From NCBI GenBank assembly GCA_043809585.1, contig JBDROZ010000017.1:62001-87861 (forward strand): 25,861 nucleotides of DNA, in the 5' to 3' direction. The first letter of the stretch is position 1, and every line of letters starts with the position of its first letter. Of this stretch, positions 19,797 through 25,861 are shown piece after piece. The position numbers and the translations under genes are program-made. The DNA comes from Candidatus Eiseniibacteriota bacterium (GTDB lineage: Bacteria; Orphanbacterota; Orphanbacteria; Orphanbacterales; Orphanbacteraceae). A model generated the notes under the pieces. The model saw only the letters and a list, made by a program, of their open reading frames with translations. It did no database searches and was not told where the DNA came from.

Positions 19797-20369
19797 ATGA
19801 GTGACCTGCCCCGCATCGAAACGAAGCGTTTGGTCCTCCGCGTGCCGGAGTCTTCGGACGGGGCGGCGATGGCCCGGTTCGTCACGGAGAACCGGGAGCA
19901 CTTCGCCCCCTGGGAGCCTCACCACCCGCCCGAATATTTCACCGAAGCCCATTGGGAGGAGACCCTCGAGAAGAGCGTCGAAGAGGCGCGGCGGGGCAGG
20001 TCGCTCCGGCTGGTCTTCTTCGCCGCCGGGGATGCCGGCGGGGAGATCCTCGGCCAGTGCGCGTTCAGCCGCATCGTGCGGGGACCCTTCCAGGCCGCCC
20101 TCCTCGGATATGGGCTCCATCACCGGGTGGTCGGGAAGGGTTTCATGGAAGAAGGGCTCCGGGGGGCCATCGATTACGCGTTCACCGACCTCCGGCTCCA
20201 CCGGGTCATGGCGAACTACATGCCGGCGAACGAGCGGAGCGCCCGGCTTCTCCGGAAGCTCGGCTTCACCCACGAAGGTTACGCCCGGGACTACCTGAAC
20301 ATCGCGGGGGCGTGGGAGGACCACATTCTTATGTCTCTCGTGAACCGGGCATGGAAGGTCGAAGGATGA
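19797..20369 (+). CDS. rimJ: RimJ-like GNAT N-acetyltransferase
   Basis: 'IETKRLVLR', 'NREHFAPWEP', 'RGPFQAALLGY', 'LHRVMANYMPANERSARLL', 'EGYARDYLNIAGAWEDH'. ATG 19797 with GGAG RBS. Confidence 0.85.
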   Translation: MSDLPRIETKRLVLRVPESSDGAAMARFVTENREHFAPWEPHHPPEYFTEAHWEETLEKSVEEARRGRSLRLVFFAAGDAGGEILGQCAFSRIVRGPFQAALLGYGLHHRVVGKGFMEEGLRGAIDYAFTDLRLHRVMANYMPANERSARLLRKLGFTHEGYARDYLNIAGAWEDHILMSLVNRAWKVEG

Positions 20370-20971
20370 AGGCCGGAAGGATGAACCCGATCCGAATGCG
20401 ATTTGTTCGGTGCCTGTCGCTCACCCTCTTCCTGCTCCCCCTCGCCTGCGGGGGAAGGGAAGAGGTCCCGCCGCCGGAGACGCGCCCTTTCCCCGTCTTC
20501 CGGGTGAGCACCGGCCAGGGGGAGGGGAAGAGGGAGATCGTCGCCTTTCTCTCGCCCGTGGAGATCGACGCCGCGGGCGGGCTCTCGGGCCGGGCCGCCG
20601 TGGGCGCCCTCCGGGGGTCCGGCACGGAACTCACCCCCGAGAACTTCCAGGCGAACCAGCTCTTCGTCGAGTTCTTCCACGAGATCGTCCGCACCAAGGT
20701 CCCCATGATGTCGATCTACATCGACGAGGCGGAGAGGGTCGGCGACGGTTGGCTCCACGTGCGCGATCTCCGGGCCGCGGGGGCGGACGCCGAGCTCGAG
20801 AAGATCGACGTGATCGGCAGCTTCCAGGTGGCGGGGGGGCGCATCCTGCCGGATTCGTACGTCCCGAACGGCAGTTACCGTGTCCTCGGGCCCCACGGTT
20901 TTCCCCTTCTCCCCGCGGAGCTGCAGGGGGCGGTCCTGAGGGCCATGCGAAAGCTCACCGTCGGCGAATGA
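20366..20971 (+). CDS. Putative lipoprotein, hypothetical
   Basis: ATGA overlap with the GNAT stop (alternative starts 20381/20396). Basic N-terminus, hydrophobic stretch and lipobox-like PLA-C. Confidence 0.65.
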   Translation: MKAGRMNPIRMRFVRCLSLTLFLLPLACGGREEVPPPETRPFPVFRVSTGQGEGKREIVAFLSPVEIDAAGGLSGRAAVGALRGSGTELTPENFQANQLFVEFFHEIVRTKVPMMSIYIDEAERVGDGWLHVRDLRAAGADAELEKIDVIGSFQVAGGRILPDSYVPNGSYRVLGPHGFPLLPAELQGAVLRAMRKLTVGE

Positions 20972-21009
20972 CGAGGGAGAGAGACGTGACTGGCGCGATC
21001 CCCTCCCGC

Positions 21010-23184
21010 CTACCCCATCATCGCCGTCCCGACCTGGTAGACCACGAGGGCGCCGATGTAGGCGAGCACGGTCATATAAAGGAAAGTGAACGAGGTCCAT
21101 CGCCACGAGTTGGTCTCGCGCTTGATGGCGGCGAGCGTCGCGCCGCACTGGCAGCAGAGGGCGAAGAAGACCATGATCGATAGGGCGACGGGGATCGTGA
21201 AGACCGGTTGCCCGTTCTCCCGCCGCGCCGCCGCGAGCTTCCCGATCAGCGCCTCCCGTTCGTCCCCGTCCCCCGACTCCTCGCCGAGATCGTAGATGAT
21301 GTTCAGCGTGGAGACGATGATCTCCCGGGCCGGGAAGGAGGCGACGGTGGCCATCCCGATCTTCCAATCCCATCCGAGGGGCACGACCGCCGGCTCGAGG
21401 AAGTGCCCCGCCCGCCCGAGGAAACTCGCCCGCACGTAGGCCCCCGCCTCTTCCTTGTGGATCCGGTGGAGCACCTCCGCCCGCTCCGCTCCGATCATGG
21501 TTCTCTCCGCGTGCCCCCGTTCCTCGTCGAAGCGCGCGCCGATCTCCGCCGGCCTCGGGAAATACCCGAGGGCCCACACCACGACGGACATGGCGAAGAT
21601 GATCGTCCCGGCCTGCCGGAGGAAGGTGCGGCTCCGTTCGAGGATGCGGATGCCCACGGACCGCGGGTTCGGCACCTTGTAGGCGGGCATCTCCATGACG
21701 AAGGTCGACCGGGGCCCCTTGACCAGGAAACGCTTCAGCAGAACCGCCGCCGGGATCGCGGCGAAGATCCCCACGAAGTACATGGCCCCGAAGATCAACC
21801 CCTGGAGGGGAAGAAAGCCGGCGATCATCCGGGCGGGGAGGAACGCGGCGATCATGAGCGAGTAGACCGGCATCCGGGCCGAACAGCTCATGAAGGGGGC
21901 GATCAGGACCGTCACCATCCGGTCCCGGGCGTTCCCGATGGTGCGGGTCGCCATGATCCCGGGCACGGCGCAGGCGAACGAGCTGAGCAGGGGAATGAAG
22001 CTCGACCCGCTCAGACGGAACACGCGGAAGAGGCGGTCCATGAGAAACGCCGCCCGGGCCATGTAGCCGCAGTCCTCGAGAATGGCGATGAAGAGGAAGA
22101 GGAACACGATCTGGGGCAGGAAGGCGAGGATCCCGCCGACGCCGGCGATCATCCCCTCCACGACCATGCTCTCGAGGGCGCCCCCCGCGAAGGGCGTTCC
22201 GGCGAGGAGCTCCACCACCGTCGTCCCGAGCCCGTCGAAAAAGCCGATGATCATGTCCATGAAGGGGGCCGCCCACGCGAAGATCGAGATGAAGACGGCG
22301 CCCATGACGAGGATGAAGATCGGCAGTCCGAAGATCCGGTGGATGAGGACGTCGTCGATCCGTTCCGTCCGCCGCCGCCCCTTCGCCGTCCGCTGGACGT
22401 AGGGGGCCGTCGCTTCGCCGATCCACCGGTGGCGCATCTCCGCTTCGAGGGCCGCCGCGGACGGTGCGTGTTCCCGAATCCTCGCCCTCGCCCCCTCCAG
22501 GGCGCCGCGCATGTCGCCCCCGACGCGGGAGGCGAGAAGCGCCTCCGCCGGGCCGTTCTCGTCGATCAGCGCGCGCCTGAGGAGGAAGCCGTCGGTGCCG
22601 AACTTGCTCTCGAGCTCCTTCATCTCCCGCGCGATCGGCTCGGGCCATGTCCAACCGGGCAGGGGCGCCGGCAGGTCGAGGCCGCCCAGGATCGCCTCCC
22701 GAAGCTCTTCCACGCCGAGCCGGCGGTTGGCGATGGTGGCGATCACCGGAACGCCGAGCGCCTTCGAGAGTCCCCGGGTGTTGACGCTGATGCCCCGGGA
22801 ATCGGCGACGTCGATCATGTTGAGGGCGATGATGGTCGGCAGGCCGATCTCGATCACCTGGGTCGCGAGGTAGAGATTGCGCTGCAGGGTGGTGGCGTCG
22901 GCGATGACGACGACCAGGTCCGGCGCCGGCTCCCCCTCGTGGTCTCCGAGAAGGACCCGGACGGCGAGCATCTCGTCGGGGCTGTGGGCGGCGAGACTGT
23001 AGGTGCCGGGCAGGTCGATCAGCTCGATGCCCGGCGTGAGCACGCCGGTCTTCTTCTCCACCGTGACGCCCGGATAGTTTCCCACCTTCTGGGAGAGTCC
23101 GGTGAGGGCGTTGAATATGCTCGATTTTCCGGTGTTCGGGTTGCCGATGATCGCCACCCGGCGGGTCGCGGTGGGCGTGATCAA
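21010..23184 (-). CDS. feoB: Ferrous iron transport protein B
   Basis: G1 GNPNTGKS, G2 NYPGVTVE, G3 DLPG, G4 NMID. Membrane motifs LEDCGYMARAAF, FACAVP, PFMSCSAR, F.MEMP.Y, LCCQC. TTG start overlaps the feoA stop (TTGA). Confidence 0.96.
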   Translation of the reverse strand: MITPTATRRVAIIGNPNTGKSSIFNALTGLSQKVGNYPGVTVEKKTGVLTPGIELIDLPGTYSLAAHSPDEMLAVRVLLGDHEGEPAPDLVVVIADATTLQRNLYLATQVIEIGLPTIIALNMIDVADSRGISVNTRGLSKALGVPVIATIANRRLGVEELREAILGGLDLPAPLPGWTWPEPIAREMKELESKFGTDGFLLRRALIDENGPAEALLASRVGGDMRGALEGARARIREHAPSAAALEAEMRHRWIGEATAPYVQRTAKGRRRTERIDDVLIHRIFGLPIFILVMGAVFISIFAWAAPFMDMIIGFFDGLGTTVVELLAGTPFAGGALESMVVEGMIAGVGGILAFLPQIVFLFLFIAILEDCGYMARAAFLMDRLFRVFRLSGSSFIPLLSSFACAVPGIMATRTIGNARDRMVTVLIAPFMSCSARMPVYSLMIAAFLPARMIAGFLPLQGLIFGAMYFVGIFAAIPAAVLLKRFLVKGPRSTFVMEMPAYKVPNPRSVGIRILERSRTFLRQAGTIIFAMSVVVWALGYFPRPAEIGARFDEERGHAERTMIGAERAEVLHRIHKEEAGAYVRASFLGRAGHFLEPAVVPLGWDWKIGMATVASFPAREIIVSTLNIIYDLGEESGDGDEREALIGKLAAARRENGQPVFTIPVALSIMVFFALCCQCGATLAAIKRETNSWRWTSFTFLYMTVLAYIGALVVYQVGTAMMG

Positions 23185-23402
23185 ATCTCGACCTCGACGG
23201 CGTCCGCCTCCGACCGGCGGAGGGAAAGGAAGTAGTCGTGCAGTTCCACTTCCATCGGATCCCCGAGGGGGGCGAGCCGGAGGACCCGGATCCTCGTTCC
23301 GGCGACGAGGCCCATCTCCATCAGCCTCTGGACCAGGGGGCCGTTGCCGAGGATTCCGGTGATGACGCCGGCCTGGCCGGGACGGCACTCACTGAGAAGC
23401 AT
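23181..23402 (-). CDS. feoA: Ferrous iron transport protein A
   Basis: FeoA SH3-like signature 'RLMEMGLVAG...APLGDP...LSLRRSEA'. ATG 23402. Confidence 0.93.
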   Translation of the reverse strand: MLLSECRPGQAGVITGILGNGPLVQRLMEMGLVAGTRIRVLRLAPLGDPMEVELHDYFLSLRRSEADAVEVEI

Positions 23403-23634
23403 GGCGCACCCCCGGCGCGCCGCCGTCGCCACCGCTGCCGCGGGCTCCGTCCCGGCCGGAGGCGCCGGCCTCGATGGACCGTAGCATCCGGTCCGTCGCC
23501 TCTTTCGCCGCGGGGCACCCGGCGCTTCCACAACCGCACCGGCTCTTCCCCCGCCAGGCCCGGGCGAAGAAACGGACGCTCCACGCGGCGGCAACCGCGA
23601 CGACCAGAACGACGATCGCCTTCTCGATCCACAC
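23389..23634 (-). CDS. FeoB-associated Cys-rich small membrane protein
   Basis: GTG 23634 with GGGGAGG RBS. One TM helix followed by CGCGSAGC. Lies between the regulator and feoA. Confidence 0.75.
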   Translation of the reverse strand: MWIEKAIVVLVVAVAAAWSVRFFARAWRGKSRCGCGSAGCPAAKEATDRMLRSIEAGASGRDGARGSGGDGGAPGVRHASQ

Positions 23635-23636
23635 GA

Positions 23637-24197
23637 CTACTGATCCTCCCCGCGGCCGCCGCCGTTTCCGCCCGGCATCCGGGCGGCGTCCTGGGCGAGG
23701 CAATCGTCGTCGCAGACGGAGCACTCGATCGGATTGCCGTCGCACGCCTCCTCGAAGGCGGCGAAAGCCTCCCGGAAGCGGCCCGCCTCGGGGCATCCGG
23801 AGTCGACGAAGCGAAGGAGGCGCGTCACCCGCTCCGCCGTCATCCCGCTGATCAGGTGCTCGATCTTGCAGGCGTCGATGTTCGCCTGCTCCTCGCCGAC
23901 GCCGAGGAGGTCGGTGAAGAGCTTCTTGATCACCGACTTCTTCGCCTGCACGCCCCGGACGATCTTCATGCCGTCGTCGGAAAGGCGGAGGAATCCCCGC
24001 GAATCGGACCGGACGAACCCCCGGGTCTTGAGATTCCGGATGGTGATCGACGCGCTCCCCCGGGTGATCGAGAGGCGCTTGGCCACGTCCGTGACCCGGG
24101 CGTAGCCGTACTCCCCGATCAGGCCCTCGATGGCGACCAGATGATGGGCGGCGGAATGGGTGACCGGGTTTTGACCGAACTCTTTCCAGGGTTCCAT
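23637..24197 (-). CDS. DtxR/MntR-family metal-dependent transcriptional regulator with Cys-rich C-terminal tail
   Basis: wHTH 'ARVTDVAKRLSITRGSAS', dimerisation/metal motif 'DACKIEHLIS', tail C-x7-C-x2-C-x3-C. ATG 24197 with GAAGGAG RBS. Confidence 0.9.
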   Translation of the reverse strand: MEPWKEFGQNPVTHSAAHHLVAIEGLIGEYGYARVTDVAKRLSITRGSASITIRNLKTRGFVRSDSRGFLRLSDDGMKIVRGVQAKKSVIKKLFTDLLGVGEEQANIDACKIEHLISGMTAERVTRLLRFVDSGCPEAGRFREAFAAFEEACDGNPIECSVCDDDCLAQDAARMPGGNGGGRGEDQ

Positions 24198-24248
24198 GAC
24201 CCTCTCCTTCTGGGGCTTCCTCTCTCCCCACTCTTCGGCAGGAGCGCC

Positions 24249-24291
24249 AGTATGTATAGCATATATTACAAGAGGTCGCCAGGCCAATCAA
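24249..24291 (-). promoter_or_regulatory. Sigma70-type promoter of the feo operon with overlapping palindromic operator candidate
   Basis: Minus strand TTGATT (24291-24286), 17 nt, TAATAT (24268-24263). Imperfect 19-bp palindrome AGTATGT-ATAGC-ATATATT (24249-24267). Confidence 0.5.
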
Positions 24292-24404
24292 CCGGGAAAA
24301 GACCACGACAGAACTGGCAATAGTTATTATTAGCAAAGGAGATAGAAGTCCTCAAGAGCGGTTGGGGGATATGGAACTCGGGCCAGAAGTTTCCGGGAAG
24401 GGCA

Positions 24405-24548
24405 GGTGGGGGAGCAGAGATCGGAGACCCGGGGGCCGGTGTCGAGGAGGGTTCCGAGAATGAGTTTCTCCTCGGTCGTTTCGCAGGCGTTCGAGAGCCG
24501 GTGGGCGTCCTCCGCTCGGAGGCGTTCCCTGGCGTACTGGTAAGGCGT
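24405..24548 (-). pseudogene. Tyrosine recombinase (XerC/D-like integrase) N-terminal remnant
   Basis: TPYQYARERLRAEDAHRLSNACETTEEKLILGTLLDTGPRVSDLCS resembles the 'LLxTGLRVSEL' box I. The probable start is mutated to ACG, and the similarity ends before any HxxR or catalytic Tyr. Confidence 0.7.
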
Positions 24549-24835
24549 CGGACACCCGTCGAGGTTCGTACCTAGCCCAGGATTACGAACAGAGTTCGTT
24601 TTCCTACAGACGGAAGTCACCAGAGGCGTTTAGGTGTGAAAAGCTCTTCTTGCGGGCCCGGCGGCCTGTTCAAGGAGGAAACCGGCCAGGAGGCCCGGAA
24701 TGGCGGGGCTCGTGTTTCTATGCGGAAGGCGAACTGGGGGGAAGGGAGGGGATTGGGGGTAGAGGACCAGCGGTCAGCCATCAATCTCGGGCTTGCAGAT
24801 CTCCAACTCCTTCCCCTAGGGGAGTGAGGTCGGGG

Positions 24836-24864
24836 GCGCGGTCTGCTTAAGCGGCCTGTTAGGT
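24836..24864 (-). mobile_element. Truncated attC (left arm only)
   Basis: Minus strand ACCTAAC (RYYYAAC, overlapping the TAA stop) followed by AGGCCGCTTAAGCAGACCGCG. No complementary right arm is visible. Confidence 0.5.
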
Positions 24865-25593
24865 GGCTCCTTCTTCTTCCCCAGACTGGTCGTCAGGGTC
24901 GCCCGCGGACAGGATTTCGCAGAGGCGAACCCCAAGATCCGTCAGCCTGAAGTGCCGTGTACGCCTGAAGCCGCTGCGATCGCTAAGCGTACGCTCAGTA
25001 ATCAACTTCTTCTCCATTAGCCCGGTCTCGTAGAATTCAACAAGCCCCATGAGCTGAATAGGCGAAGTTGAGGCGATTTCCCGACTCCAGCTATCAACGT
25101 TGGACCCCACACGCGCTACGATCTCGTCGCTCTTGCTCTTTTCGTAGGACACCGAGAGGACGAAGATCTCGCCTGAACTCAGTCCGCGGGCGATGCGCAT
25201 GATGAGTTGTGGTGTTGGGTCGTCACGCGAGGTGACTCTTTCCGATGCAACGGCCAGGAAGAGACGCTTCAGCATTTGGAACTTCGTCTCATCAACCGGA
25301 GCATTGTCTAAGGCTGCGAGGAGCTCTTGTAGGCACGAAATCCCCTGCTCGGTCTTTTGGTAGTCTGGCCTAATTCGCCCCTTCTCGACTAGCGAGTCGT
25401 ATTCAGCAGCAAATTGCTGCAGGAAGGTGCGATTTCGCGCCGCCTGGATGAGGCGACCCGGGATCATCATCAGCGTCGCACGGTCAGAGCCGACCATGCC
25501 CGTGAAGGCGGCATCCAGCAACGCCAGGGCTTCCTTGAGCCCGGCAACGGGGCCCTCCCTCTGTATGACCTCTACCAGCTCGCGTTCCTCCAA
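24859..25593 (-). CDS. Hypothetical protein in an integron gene cassette (244 aa)
   Basis: TTG start with GAGGTG RBS about 35 bp after the attC core site. Codon usage is less GC3-rich than host genes. The stop lies inside an RYYYAAC site. Confidence 0.8.
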   Translation of the reverse strand: MEERELVEVIQREGPVAGLKEALALLDAAFTGMVGSDRATLMMIPGRLIQAARNRTFLQQFAAEYDSLVEKGRIRPDYQKTEQGISCLQELLAALDNAPVDETKFQMLKRLFLAVASERVTSRDDPTPQLIMRIARGLSSGEIFVLSVSYEKSKSDEIVARVGSNVDSWSREIASTSPIQLMGLVEFYETGLMEKKLITERTLSDRSGFRRTRHFRLTDLGVRLCEILSAGDPDDQSGEEEGAT

Positions 25594-25626
25594 GACGTCA
25601 CCTCATCATAATGTTCCTGGCCACCC

Positions 25627-25698
25627 AACTAACGTGGCCATCACCGGCGGGAATGGAGCGCAGCGGAATTCCCGTCCGTGTGCATGGCATGGTTAGGC
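25627..25698 (-). mobile_element. attC: Integron attC recombination site (72 bp)
   Basis: Minus strand: R'' GCCTAAC, L''-region CCATGCAC, CGGACGGGAAT/ATTCCCGCCG stem, L'-region GTGATGG, R' GTTAGTT. CCATGCAC pairs with GTGATGG apart from one extra base, and the inner stem has further bulged bases. Begins 1 nt after a stop codon. Confidence 0.88.
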
Positions 25699-25699
25699 T

Positions 25700-25861
25700 C
25701 TATGTGTCAGATCCTGTTTCAGAGTAGACCGGATTGTAGCCCAGCAGCCAATTTGTCGCCCTGTGCCGTTCCATGGCCATGCTCAAACACGCGCGAACCA
25801 GGTTCGGATCAGCCGAAGACAATCCTTCACCGCAAAGCGCCAGATCGCTATTCACGAATTC
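25700..25861 (-). CDS. DUF4272-like protein, C-terminal part (cassette gene truncated by the window edge)
   Basis: Own translation: EFVNSDLALCGEGLSSADPNLVRACLSMAMERHRATNWLLGYNPVYSETGSDT*. The 'ERHxAxNWL...DT-stop' ending is the one I recall for DUF4272. Confidence 0.65.
   Translation of the reverse strand, partial: EFVNSDLALCGEGLSSADPNLVRACLSMAMERHRATNWLLGYNPVYSETGSDT

Noticed and set aside
24330-24620. Integron integrase intI or an intact 96-aa gene
   Set aside because: Only about 48 codons resemble a tyrosine recombinase. It has no IntI-specific insertion or catalytic C-terminal residues, and it is at the distal end of the array rather than the attI end.
25856-25861. Terminal GAATTC (EcoRI site)
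   Set aside because: It is in-frame coding sequence (Glu-Phe). It may reflect a clone end or chance, and has no biological significance that can be supported.

Overview
High-GC bacterial chromosomal segment; the organism cannot be determined from the sequence. Left to right: (1) the 3' end of an ArnT/PMT-like glycosyltransferase and a 421-aa enzyme-like hypothetical protein. (2) A divergent intergenic region with clustered DnaA boxes. (3) TPR protein + HAD hydrolase, a small Cys-motif protein, a DUF2179/UPF0316 protein, Trm112 and an archaeal/eukaryote-type proS. (4) A roughly 10-kb heavy-metal module: His-rich membrane sensor kinase, NtrC-type activator, a sigma54 promoter ahead of TolC-CusB-CusA (CusB carries two extra C-terminal YHS-like repeats), and a second sigma54 promoter ahead of a secreted triple-YHS protein. 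Both promoters share an upstream GGAGAWTATTCT motif. (5) A roughly 500-bp mosaic of REP-like hairpins, then a small membrane protein, a RimJ-like GNAT and a lipoprotein. (6) A feo operon led by a DtxR/MntR regulator with a Cys-rich tail. (7) A lower-GC right end holding a decayed tyrosine recombinase and the distal end of an integron cassette array on the minus strand: a DUF4272-like partial gene, a complete attC, a 244-aa unknown cassette gene and a truncated attC. Several intergenic regions carry inverted-repeat elements. All family assignments come from motif recognition by eye, not database searches.
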